Assembly (NCBI GenBank): GCA_045863335.1 | Contig: BTVY01000023.1 | Coordinates: 42,210 to 106,209 of the forward strand | Length of the DNA stretch: 64,000 nucleotides | Direction of reading: 5' to 3' | DNA from: Candidatus Hydrogenedentota bacterium | GTDB lineage: Bacteria; Hydrogenedentota; Hydrogenedentia; Hydrogenedentales; SLHB01 | Part shown: in pieces, positions 1-8,740 of the stretch | Numbering within the stretch: position 1 is the stretch's first letter | How the letters are laid out: every line of letters begins with the position of its first letter | The notes under the pieces: generated by a model | What the model was told of the DNA's origin: nothing | Databases searched by the model: none | What the model saw: the letters and a program-made list of their open reading frames with translations, nothing else | Made by a program: the position numbers and the translations under genes

Positions 1-15
1 GTCAATCGCGACCTC

Positions 16-1593
16 ATGCCGGAAGGAATGGCAGCAACGCTGACGGGCAGCGCCAATGTCACGCGCGATTCCGAACAGGTTTCCATCGCGTTGAACGTGG
101 ACGCCGCGCCCGCAACGATCGCCGGGCTGACCGTACCGGCCGAACAACCATTGCACATCGAAGGTACGTTGCGCGGTCCGGCGGCGTTGAGCGAATTGCG
201 CGCGGAGACGCTGGCATTACGATTGACCGACGATGCAAGGGTAGATATCGGCAACCTCGCGATTGCGTTCTCGCCATTCAAAGTTCGTGGCCACCTCACG
301 GGACGCGTTGATTTCGACTACGTAGGCCCCATCATTGGACTGCCCACCGTGGTCGGTGCGCTTACGGTTGACGCGCCGTTTACGCTGATCGACGGAGTAT
401 TGGAGGCGCCGCTACGCCTCGAAGGTGACGGATTCGGATATGGCAAATGGGCCGGACCTTACGGGACCCCCGTTGTACTGACGGGAGACGCACGCTACGC
501 GCTGGATACGCAGTCCCTCGGCATCGGCAACGCAGAAGTGCTCTGGGGAGAAAGCACGCGCATCACGAGCACGCAGGCCGCCGCTGTGTTGAGCCCCTTC
601 TCGCTTTCGGCGCCTTTCGAGGTTGCCACGGATCTTGCTCCCTTGGTTGACCTCCGCTTTCTTGATGCCGCAGACGGCACGGCGACGGCGAATGGCACGC
701 TCGGCATTGGCAGCGGCCAGCAAACACGTGTGGAATACGATCTTGCCGCGCGGTCCCTGACCTTGGCCGGAGCCGTGGCCGCGTTCGGCGGATTGTCGTC
801 CTCCGGCAACCTGGTGTACGGCGAGTCGCTGGACGGACGGGTCCGATTCGCGGCCGCCGAAGCCGCGGCCGCCGGCGCGGTCCTGACCGATCCCCGCGGC
901 ATTTGCATGATCGAGAACGGCGTTGCGCAAGCCACCCATGTCGAAGCTTCGCTCTATGGGGGGCGAACCGCTTTTGATGCGACGGTGAATATCCTGGATA
1001 TGGACGAGGGGGGCCGCCTGGACGCCCATCTCGAAGGGGTCGATTTGGATCGGTTTACCAAAGAATACGAACCGCCGTCTGTCGTGCTCACGGGGATTGC
1101 CAACGGAGACGTGTCGCTGGTCTGGGCTGCGAACGGGCTCGCTGACTTGCGCGTCGATCTGGCCTCCGACGAGAACTTTTCCATGAACCGGGAGATCATC
1201 GAGAATCTGTTGCTCCAGTCCGTCACCGCGGACATGACCGGCCTCAAACGGCTCAACAAACGCATTCGCGAGGACACCATCGGCGAAGGATCGCAACGCC
1301 CCTTCGAACGGGCAGTGGTCTCGTTGTCGCTCGAAGGCGACACTTACGAGGAGCAACGACTGATTGGACCGGTGTCCCTGGAAAGCGAAATGCTCGACCT
1401 GTCCATCGACCTGGGCGTCGACCTGCTGGCTATTGCCAGCGCCATGGAGCTCCAGCAACAGGCGCAGCTTGGCGAAGGTGATACGATATCCGCAGAACCT
1501 GTACAATGGGAGCTTCCTGGAGAGTCTTCCAATCCCGATTCGAATAATTCGGACGATCCGTCGTCCAGTACGTCAAAGGAGGAGGAATCATGA
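16..1593 (+). CDS. AsmA-like/YdbH-family intermembrane bridge protein (probably 5'-truncated by the window edge)
   Basis: Long beta-strand-rich ORF with a C-terminal LYGG...L.GVDL...LTG.ANG.V pattern typical of AsmA/YdbH C-termini; ATGA overlap with a DUF1318 gene; frame is open back to the window start. Confidence 0.55.
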   Translation: MPEGMAATLTGSANVTRDSEQVSIALNVDAAPATIAGLTVPAEQPLHIEGTLRGPAALSELRAETLALRLTDDARVDIGNLAIAFSPFKVRGHLTGRVDFDYVGPIIGLPTVVGALTVDAPFTLIDGVLEAPLRLEGDGFGYGKWAGPYGTPVVLTGDARYALDTQSLGIGNAEVLWGESTRITSTQAAAVLSPFSLSAPFEVATDLAPLVDLRFLDAADGTATANGTLGIGSGQQTRVEYDLAARSLTLAGAVAAFGGLSSSGNLVYGESLDGRVRFAAAEAAAAGAVLTDPRGICMIENGVAQATHVEASLYGGRTAFDATVNILDMDEGGRLDAHLEGVDLDRFTKEYEPPSVVLTGIANGDVSLVWAANGLADLRVDLASDENFSMNREIIENLLLQSVTADMTGLKRLNKRIREDTIGEGSQRPFERAVVSLSLEGDTYEEQRLIGPVSLESEMLDLSIDLGVDLLAIASAMELQQQAQLGEGDTISAEPVQWELPGESSNPDSNNSDDPSSSTSKEEES

Positions 1594-2276
1594 AGCGTAT
1601 CGGACTTGCATTGGCCACGACCGTGTCGCTCATCGCCCTCGGATGTGTCATCACCACGAAGCACAAGATCGATGCGCATATCGTGCTCGATATTCGCCAT
1701 ATTCAGGAACAGGCCGACGGGGTGCTCGACTATATCGAAGGCAAAACGGACGAACTACCGGCCGCGGCCCCCCCTAAGGAAAGCATGGGTCCGACGATTC
1801 TGGAGCGCGCCTGCTACGCCATGCTCTCCACCCCCGTGGCCTACGCGGCGGAGCTGAAGGAATCTTCGCCCAAGGTCAAGGAACTCGCCGACAAGATGCG
1901 TGAGCGTCAGCCCAAGATCGAGGCGCTCAAGAAACAAGGCGCCATCGGCGAAGATAACCGCGGTTATGCCACGCTCCGCGAAAGCGAAGCCATCGCGGAT
2001 GCCGAGAAGAAGAACGAGGCGCAACAACTGATCGCCGCGGAAAACGCGGACCGCAAAGCCCTCTACCGCGAAATCGCCACAGACAATGCCGACCAGAATG
2101 TTACGCTTACCACCGTAGAGCGGATCTTTGCGCAACGCCGTCTCATGCGTGCCGCCGCCGGAGAGGTCTTTCAGTTGCCGCCAGCTGGTGACGACTTTGA
2201 CAAGTTCAAGGCATCTCCCATGGGCCAGAAGCTCGGCGACGAATGCGCCCCCGGCGCCTGGGTCACCATGAAGTAG
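1590..2276 (+). CDS. Lipoprotein with YnbE-like N-terminus and DUF1318 (YdbL-like) domain
   Basis: Lipobox-like ALGC, then HKIDAHIVLDIRH; LKKQGAIGEDNRGY...AENADRKALYREIA matches the YdbL/DUF1318 pattern; AGGAGG RBS. Confidence 0.7.
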   Translation: MKRIGLALATTVSLIALGCVITTKHKIDAHIVLDIRHIQEQADGVLDYIEGKTDELPAAAPPKESMGPTILERACYAMLSTPVAYAAELKESSPKVKELADKMRERQPKIEALKKQGAIGEDNRGYATLRESEAIADAEKKNEAQQLIAAENADRKALYREIATDNADQNVTLTTVERIFAQRRLMRAAAGEVFQLPPAGDDFDKFKASPMGQKLGDECAPGAWVTMK

Positions 2277-2337
2277 GGTTTTCCAATCACACGACGCCGC
2301 GCTCTTCATGAGCGCTAGCAACCGAAGCGCCCGGGAT

Positions 2338-4599
2338 TCACCTCCCGGGCGTTTGGGTTTCTGGCGGCCGGCAACATTCAGTCTTCGCCGAAAGATCGTC
2401 CGTGTTTGTCCGTGTTCGTCCGTGTGGCCACGGCCAAAACAACAAGGCCACCGCAAAAATACCCAGCAACCCGAGTCCCAACCCAGACCACCGGACACCC
2501 ACCTGAAAACTTTCGGGGTTAAAACGGAAGCGAATCTCCCGCTCGCCCGTTGGCACCACTACCCCCATGAAATCGCCGTTGACACGCAGAATGGGAAGTA
2601 CTGAGTTGTCCACCGCGCTTGTAGCGTGCCACCCTTTGTGAAAGCTTTCGCTAAGAATTAGCAGTTGGGGTGTTTCCGCGCGCACGTGTACATGCACGTC
2701 CCCCGGTCGCGAAGTCACTAAGCTCACCTCGCCGTCGCCGGGGCGTATGCCAATCGCTTCCTCGACAAGCGCTGTCGTCGCGACGTCAATGGTCTGGATA
2801 TCTCGCGCCGGAGAATCGCTCACGATTGCCGAGCCCGCGAGATAAACCCGCGAAACCGGATCGCTCACCGGAATCCATCGACCCGGTTCGCGCGTCACAT
2901 GGTCGTTCATGTAATACCGCGCACCCGGTTTCTCTTTGTAGGCAACCCCGGCCGCGCGCAATGCAGCGTCGCCGGAGTAATCGAGATTGCGCCGCGGCAG
3001 CACACCGGCAAGACCGCTGGCCATATCGTACTCGGCCAGAGCCCAACCGTTGCTCTCCGGCTTGCGGCCGGAGTACACGCGATACGGTCCAATGTCGCCA
3101 GGCCCAGGAAAGCGCTGAGCGAAACGCTCGATCGTGGTGGGCGTGCTCCACCAATGGAGAAAGTGCAACCCGTAAAGCGACTGGTCCAAGGCGGCCAGCA
3201 CGAACAAAAGCGGTAGTGCAAACCGAAGCCTGTACGCGGCCCCGGCAACAAGGACCACACAGGCCGTGGTCGCCAAGGGACCCCACCAAAGCAAGGGTGG
3301 CGTGGACAAGTCGCCATTGAGCGCTATATCGAGGACACCCCCGTACGCGAGCACGGCGAAGGCCCAGCTTGCGAGCGCAATCGCGACCGCCACCGCGACC
3401 GCACTGCGCTTCAGACTCCGGCTGCATGCCCTCTGAAGTTGATCAAAACCGATTCCCGCGATCGCCGCCGTGGCAAAAAAGAAGAGAACCAGGTACCGGC
3501 AAGGTCCTTTGAACAACGAAATGAGCGGAATCCAGTTCACGAGGCGGTGGAACCCGGTGTAAGGACCAAACGCTAGGAGGAGAGCAAGTACGGAACCCGC
3601 GAGTAAAAACACGACAAGTCTTCGTTGTCCGCCGAGGCGCGGCATGCGCACCAATGCCCAGACCAGCAGGAACGCACACACGGCGCCGCCGTACATGGTG
3701 AACTCCTGCAGGTTACCGTAGAAGCTTCCGTACTCGAAGAGGAATGGATTGAGCAGTTGCAGCAGGTTCAGCGGATGGAGCGAGAGGTAATTGCGAAGCG
3801 CATCCGCGTCGGCGATGCGATCGGAATTCAGAAGGAAGTCATAGCTCGGAAGCCATTGGGCCGCGCCGATCAGGAATCCGATACCCTTCGCGAGAAACAA
3901 GAGGATGGGGGTCCCCCAACGCCGGTGCCGGAACGTCAGTGCCAGCGTATAGGCCGCCTCGGCGAGTCCGATGATCCAGATGAACTGCGGATAACCGAGG
4001 AGCAGCTCCGATGCCGTCAGCAATGCCACTGCGATGACAGACCATGCGCGCTGGCGCGGAGTCCTGCCAGTAAACGCGCCATCGATCGCGAGGAGAAGCC
4101 ACGGCAGATGAACTGTCATCTCGACAAGATGCATATGCGCCGCGCGCAGAATGCCGAATCCGGAGAAGGCAAATAAGAAGGCGGCAAACAGCGCCGCCGC
4201 ACGGCTCATGGACCAGCGGCGAAAAAGCAGGTAGCAACCCGACAAGATGGCTGGATAGCAGAGCAGCAGTTCGAGATTAAAGGCTACCTGTAGGGGCAGG
4301 AACCGGTAGAGCAGGTAGTGCAACGGATGCAGAAATCCACCTTGGCCTTCGCCGTGGATGTAGTGCCCGCACAACACCTGCGGCTCCCACAGGAAGGAGT
4401 CCCCGTTACGCAGGCAGTCCTGGTAGAAGGCGCGCGCGGGTAGATGAAAGCCACCGAGGTCAATGTGGGTGTAAACCTTGCCAGTCAGCAAGGGGATAGA
4501 CAGCGCGAACAGGACCGACGCACAACAGGCCAGGCCGACGCGGAGGAGGATCGTATCGCGGGGGTCGGTTTTGCGGCTTGGTTGTGATGTGGTTGGCAC
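2338..4599 (-). CDS. YfhO-family multi-pass membrane protein (GT-C-like glycosyltransferase)
   Basis: Many TM segments; N-terminal D..GFHLP...LWEPQ..CG motif; C-terminal LLILSESFHKGW.A...ILRVNGDFMGVVVP.GE..I.FRF.P typical of YfhO. Confidence 0.75.
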   Translation of the reverse strand: MPTTSQPSRKTDPRDTILLRVGLACCASVLFALSIPLLTGKVYTHIDLGGFHLPARAFYQDCLRNGDSFLWEPQVLCGHYIHGEGQGGFLHPLHYLLYRFLPLQVAFNLELLLCYPAILSGCYLLFRRWSMSRAAALFAAFLFAFSGFGILRAAHMHLVEMTVHLPWLLLAIDGAFTGRTPRQRAWSVIAVALLTASELLLGYPQFIWIIGLAEAAYTLALTFRHRRWGTPILLFLAKGIGFLIGAAQWLPSYDFLLNSDRIADADALRNYLSLHPLNLLQLLNPFLFEYGSFYGNLQEFTMYGGAVCAFLLVWALVRMPRLGGQRRLVVFLLAGSVLALLLAFGPYTGFHRLVNWIPLISLFKGPCRYLVLFFFATAAIAGIGFDQLQRACSRSLKRSAVAVAVAIALASWAFAVLAYGGVLDIALNGDLSTPPLLWWGPLATTACVVLVAGAAYRLRFALPLLFVLAALDQSLYGLHFLHWWSTPTTIERFAQRFPGPGDIGPYRVYSGRKPESNGWALAEYDMASGLAGVLPRRNLDYSGDAALRAAGVAYKEKPGARYYMNDHVTREPGRWIPVSDPVSRVYLAGSAIVSDSPARDIQTIDVATTALVEEAIGIRPGDGEVSLVTSRPGDVHVHVRAETPQLLILSESFHKGWHATSAVDNSVLPILRVNGDFMGVVVPTGEREIRFRFNPESFQVGVRWSGLGLGLLGIFAVALLFWPWPHGRTRTNTDDLSAKTECCRPPETQTPGR
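2398..2427. repeat. 10-bp tandem repeat (GTCCGTGTTY x3) inside the YfhO 3' end
   Basis: gtccgtgttt gtccgtgttc gtccgtgtgg; related CACGGAC decamers at 42230-42260. Confidence 0.6.
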
Positions 4600-4691
4600 G
4601 GGTATCTTCCGGTTAATGGCTGGAAGATTGCCACGGTGAGGCTTCGGAATCCAGTGGAGGGAAGAGATATGGACCTGCGGTCCATGTGGGA

Positions 4692-4744
4692 CATGGGCTG
4701 GAAGCCCATGGCACCTCGAATCACGACCTGGAAGGCCGTGCCAC
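4692..4744. repeat. Two tandem REP-like hairpins (CAYGRSCTGGAAGSCCRTGSCAC)
   Basis: catgggctggaagcccatggcac at 4692-4714 and cacgacctggaaggccgtgccac at 4722-4744. Confidence 0.65.
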
Positions 4745-4781
4745 CTTCACGTGCCGCCTCTGGCGTCACGCGAAGTATCGG

Positions 4782-5846
4782 TCAGACCTTGCCGGACTCG
4801 ATGGCGGCGACGGCTTTGCGGCCGAGCATGTGGACCATGACGATCAGCATGGCAAAGCGTTCGTCTGTGGTGAGCCCCTGTTTGTAGCGGTAGTAGATTT
4901 GTTGGACGATGACCGAAAGTTTAAGCAGGGCGAGAACGTAGTAGAAGAGGATACTCGAGATGTCGCGGCCGGTGCGGGCGGCGTAGGCCTCCGCAAGTTC
5001 CATGCGGGTCATGGCGCCGGGTTCGGTGGTGAGAAAGCACTGGACCACGTGCATCTCCTCGTCGTCGGCCTGGATCCAATAGCCGAGGGAAGTGCCAAGG
5101 TCCGCCAGGGGATCGCCGATGGTCGCCATCTCCCAATCGAGCACGCCGAGAATCTTCGTGAGGTCATCCGGATCGAGCACGATGTTGTCGAACTTGTAAT
5201 CGTTATGCACGAGCACGGCCCCGGTATCAGCCGGAATGCGTTCGTGAAGCCACGCGATGACACGATCGATCTCGGGAATGTCGTCGGTCTGCGAACCAGC
5301 GTAGCGCTTTGACCAACCTTTCACCTGACGTTCCACGTAGTTTTCGCCTTTGTACAGATCGGCAAGCCCGATGGCGCGATAATCCAGCGCGTGCAAATCG
5401 GCAAGATTCTCGATGAACGACTGGCAACACTGGCGCGTGAGGCCGGCTGTGTTTTCCAGCCCCTCCGGTTTTCTTGATCGAAGTATCACCCCCTTGATGC
5501 GTTCCATGACGTAGAACTGCGCGCCGATAATCGATTCGTCCTCGCAGAACGCCAAGGGGCTCGGCGCGGACGGATACACGGGATGTAATTTCGATAACAC
5601 CACAAACTCGCGCCCCATATCATGGGCGGATTTCACCTTGCTCCCAAAGGGCGGACGCCGCAAAACGAGTTCTCGTTCGCCCGCGCGCAAAAGGTACGTC
5701 AGATTGGAATGGCCGCTCGGAAACTGCTCGACCACGATGGGTCCCTCCATGCCGGGCACAGCATCCGCCAGGTAGCGCGCGAGCGCCTCCGTGTCGAGTT
5801 CCTCTCCCTTGCGAACCGCGGCCGTGCCGTCAAGCGGACCCATCAT
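4782..5846 (-). CDS. APH-family phosphotransferase (ACAD10/11 kinase-domain or LvaA-like)
   Basis: QFPSGHSNLTY, LVLRRPP, AHDMGRE, HNDYKFDN and LDWEMATIGDP motifs; start trimmed to MMGPLDG, which overlaps the upstream stop (ATGA). Confidence 0.9.
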   Translation of the reverse strand: MMGPLDGTAAVRKGEELDTEALARYLADAVPGMEGPIVVEQFPSGHSNLTYLLRAGERELVLRRPPFGSKVKSAHDMGREFVVLSKLHPVYPSAPSPLAFCEDESIIGAQFYVMERIKGVILRSRKPEGLENTAGLTRQCCQSFIENLADLHALDYRAIGLADLYKGENYVERQVKGWSKRYAGSQTDDIPEIDRVIAWLHERIPADTGAVLVHNDYKFDNIVLDPDDLTKILGVLDWEMATIGDPLADLGTSLGYWIQADDEEMHVVQCFLTTEPGAMTRMELAEAYAARTGRDISSILFYYVLALLKLSVIVQQIYYRYKQGLTTDERFAMLIVMVHMLGRKAVAAIESGKV

Positions 5847-7060
5847 TGGTTCGCCCCCGACTTGATCGTGATGCCGTGACGTTTCAGGATGCGTTTCGCG
5901 ACCGACTGCTTGTGAACTTCGTCCGGGCCATCGTAAATGCGCGCGGGCCGTTCGTGCCGGTAGAAGTGGGAGAGCACGGAGTCGTCCGTGACGCCGTAGC
6001 CGCCAAGACATTGCACCGCGCGATCGACGACGCGCTGCATGGTGTTCGCCACGGTGAATTTGATGAGCGAAATCTCTTCCCGCGCTTCCTTCGCGCCGTG
6101 CTGCTCGATGCACCAGGCCGCGTGCAACACCATGAGCCGCGCCGCATTGATCTCTGCGCGGCTGTCGGCGATCCACTGTTGGACCATCTGCCGCGTGCCG
6201 AGCGGTACGCCCGGAGCAACTTCGCGTTTGGCCGCGTGGGCGCACATGATTTCAAAACTGCGTTCGCAGATCCCGATCCAGCGCATGCAGTGGTGGATGC
6301 GCCCTGGACCAAGCCGTTCCTGTGCGATGGCGAACCCCATGCCCTCGCCGCCGAGCAGGTTGGACTGCGGCACCCGGCAATCGTCAAAGCGAACCTCGCC
6401 GTGGCTGGCCCAATCCTCGCCTGCATCGCCCATGACGCCGATGTTGCGCACGTGCTTGTAGCCCGGGTTGTCGAGGGGCACGAGAATCATGCTCGCGCGG
6501 AAGTGAGGTTCCTGGTTCGGATCGGTCACCGCCATGACCACGGTGAACGAAGCGCCCTCGGCCGATGACGTGTACCACTTGTGACCGTTGATCACGTAGT
6601 CATCGCCGTCTTTCACCGCCGTCGTGCTCATCCATACCGGATTGGATCCCGCATGCTCCGGCTCGGTCATGGCGAAACAACTGCGAATGTCCCCGCGCAA
6701 CAACGGTTCGAGAAATGTTTTCTGCTGTTCCGGCGTGCCGAACTGAATGAGGATCTCCATGTTGCCCGCGTCGGGCGCCTGGCAATTGAAGCAATAGTGA
6801 CCGAGCGGCGTGCGGCCCAGCTCTGCGCTCAGAAGACCATGCTCGACCAGACTGAGCCCGAGCCCGCCGTGCTCTTTGGAAATCTGCGGGAGCCACCAGC
6901 CGCGCTTCTTGACGTCTTCGCGGATGCGCGCCAGTTCCGGCAACAGCGCCTTGAATCCCCGCGCGTGGTCTCTGCGCTCGAAGGGGTACAGCTCTTTCTC
7001 AACGAACTCCCGGACGGCGCCGAGAAAATCCTGCGTCTGTTGCGGTATCGAGAAATCCAT
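5843..7060 (-). CDS. Acyl-CoA dehydrogenase (ACAD10/11-like)
   Basis: FNCQAPDAGNME, SCFAMTEP, INGHKWYTS, AQERLGPGRIHHCMR and RIYDGPDEVH motifs. Confidence 0.95.
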   Translation of the reverse strand: MDFSIPQQTQDFLGAVREFVEKELYPFERRDHARGFKALLPELARIREDVKKRGWWLPQISKEHGGLGLSLVEHGLLSAELGRTPLGHYCFNCQAPDAGNMEILIQFGTPEQQKTFLEPLLRGDIRSCFAMTEPEHAGSNPVWMSTTAVKDGDDYVINGHKWYTSSAEGASFTVVMAVTDPNQEPHFRASMILVPLDNPGYKHVRNIGVMGDAGEDWASHGEVRFDDCRVPQSNLLGGEGMGFAIAQERLGPGRIHHCMRWIGICERSFEIMCAHAAKREVAPGVPLGTRQMVQQWIADSRAEINAARLMVLHAAWCIEQHGAKEAREEISLIKFTVANTMQRVVDRAVQCLGGYGVTDDSVLSHFYRHERPARIYDGPDEVHKQSVAKRILKRHGITIKSGANQ

Positions 7061-7090
7061 GACCGGCTTCCTTTCTGCGGCAGGCCCCGC

Positions 7091-7810
7091 CTACCGGTAC
7101 GTCCACAGCATGGGATCGTTGAGATGGGACATGCCATTAAATCCATTTAAGGTGAAGCGCCCGTTTGTGAACAGGAACTCCGTGGTCGAAGCGTTCCGCA
7201 CCTGCCACACCAGTTCGAGCGTCGCCTCAGGAGTCGTGTTAAGGGCCATACCGAGTGCGACCGCCGTCGGGCCGCCGGAAGTAAACGCGGCGATGCGCTC
7301 GCCTTTCTTCGCGCGGTCGAGGATGGACCGGTACGCCGTTGTCACCCGATCCCGAAAGTCAGCGAAAGTCTCTATCGCGTCGTCCCGATACTGTTCGTTG
7401 GCCCAGTGCAACATGAGCTTCTCAAAGGCCTTTTGGAAGTTCTTCTCCTTCTCGCGCTTGTCCTGGACTTCCATAAACTTCTGCATGAGCAACAGGACTT
7501 GCTCATCCTCCGCACAAAGTTGGGGCATAAAACGCTTCGCCAATTTCTCGACGGCCATCTCCGCGATGGCCTCTTCGATTTGAATCTCAGGAAACGTCTC
7601 GCCGGCCTTCGCATAGCATTCCGCGACGATCTCCGCGGAACGGCGTTGCCGCGCCAGGGGACCGGAGTAGACGCGATCGAAGGCGATCCCATGGCGGACC
7701 CAGAACTCCCCAAGGTGGCGGCACTGTTCCTCCCCCAACGGGCTCAGTTTGTCGTAGTCTTCCTCGTGAAACGAAGCTTGCCCGTGGCGGACAAGAATGA
7801 GAACACCCAT
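7091..7810 (-). CDS. Histidine phosphatase (phosphoglycerate mutase family)
   Basis: LVRHGQASF, YDKLSPLG, SGPLARQ and FTSGG motifs. Confidence 0.9.
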   Translation of the reverse strand: MGVLILVRHGQASFHEEDYDKLSPLGEEQCRHLGEFWVRHGIAFDRVYSGPLARQRRSAEIVAECYAKAGETFPEIQIEEAIAEMAVEKLAKRFMPQLCAEDEQVLLLMQKFMEVQDKREKEKNFQKAFEKLMLHWANEQYRDDAIETFADFRDRVTTAYRSILDRAKKGERIAAFTSGGPTAVALGMALNTTPEATLELVWQVRNASTTEFLFTNGRFTLNGFNGMSHLNDPMLWTYR

Positions 7811-7851
7811 TTTGTGCTGAGACTCCAATACGTGCGGTAGACCTTGATTGC

Positions 7852-8132
7852 AAATTCGAAATCCGAAGCACGAAATCCGAAAACAAATTCTAATAACCGA
7901 AATTCAAAAAGACCCGTTCTCGATCAAACCGAAACAACCAATCCTCGCGAAGACCTTGAACCATACCGAAACGCGAATCCTTCGTGGCTTGGACGCCGTC
8001 GCCCAAGACGTATTGTCGGAATAGCCTGAGCGCGGCTCCCAAAACCTTGGGCGAGGACGCCCAAGCACGGGATATACTTTCGCGCTTTGAACATTAATCT
8101 GTTTCGGATTTCGTGCTTCGGATTTCGAGTTT
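7852..8132. repeat. Inverted pair of 7-bp-periodic arms (AAATTCGAAATCCGAAGCACGAAATCCGAAACA) enclosing an inverted REP doublet
   Basis: Left arm 7852-7890 and right arm 8100-8132 are near-perfect reverse complements; inner inverted pair at 7984-8007 and 8046-8068. Confidence 0.85.
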
Positions 8133-8144
8133 AATCCCCTTACC

Positions 8145-8477
8145 TTACGGAATCGACGGAGGCGGGACAAGGGGCTCTCCCGATTCCAGCGAACGGACCA
8201 CCGCGTCCAGAATAGGCTCAAGGTCGGCCGCGGTCACATGCGAGTACCAGACGTTGTCCGGAAACACCATGATGTTGGGGCCGTCCTCGCACTTGTCCAT
8301 GCAGCCCGACTGACTGACTCGAATCCTTGAGCGAAGCTGCCGCGCCTTGACCATGGCTTTGAGCGTGTCACGCAGTTCTCCGCCGCCCGCGCTCATGCAG
8401 CAGACCCGCTCGCCCTCCGCGCGTTCGTTGGTGCAGACAAAGATGATCTTCTCAAAGGGTAGCGAATTGACGTCCAT
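8145..8477 (-). CDS. Thioredoxin-like [2Fe-2S] ferredoxin
   Basis: IFVCTNER...CC...SGCMDKCEDGPNIMVFPDNVWY; start trimmed to MDVNSLP. Confidence 0.9.
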   Translation of the reverse strand: MDVNSLPFEKIIFVCTNERAEGERVCCMSAGGGELRDTLKAMVKARQLRSRIRVSQSGCMDKCEDGPNIMVFPDNVWYSHVTAADLEPILDAVVRSLESGEPLVPPPSIP

Positions 8478-8589
8478 AGCGCGCCTTCTGAAAGGTAAAG
8501 CCGTTCCTAGCCCCAGGATCGATGATGGCGGGATTATACAGAATTCCGTGCCAATCGGAACGTGCCCGGCGGTCACACCCGTTGCGGCC

Positions 8590-8632
8590 TTTCGAATTTT
8601 GGACATTCGAAATTGTTCCGGATTTCGGATTT
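8590..8632. repeat. Degenerate solo arm of the 7-bp-periodic repeat
   Basis: tttcgaattttggacattcgaaattgttccggatttcggattt resembles the right arm at 16555-16618. Confidence 0.6.
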
Positions 8633-8740
8633 GGTTCTTTCGCGGCGCCATACCTTGTCCCTCACGATGCCATTCGATATGCTGTGGTCCAGGCGGCAAC
8701 CGCTGCCATCGACTTCCATCACCGGCCTACGGGGTATCTT

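Noticed and set aside
5847-6245. N-terminal extensions in the ORF track (APH, antiporter, ispE, pfkA, cbiO, second DUF1559, lyase, MFS)
   Set aside because: They overlap neighbouring genes or repeats; downstream starts fit family N-termini and RBS positions better
7844-8221. Small ORFs containing NSKSEARNPK
   Set aside because: Translations of the repeat arms, not independent genes
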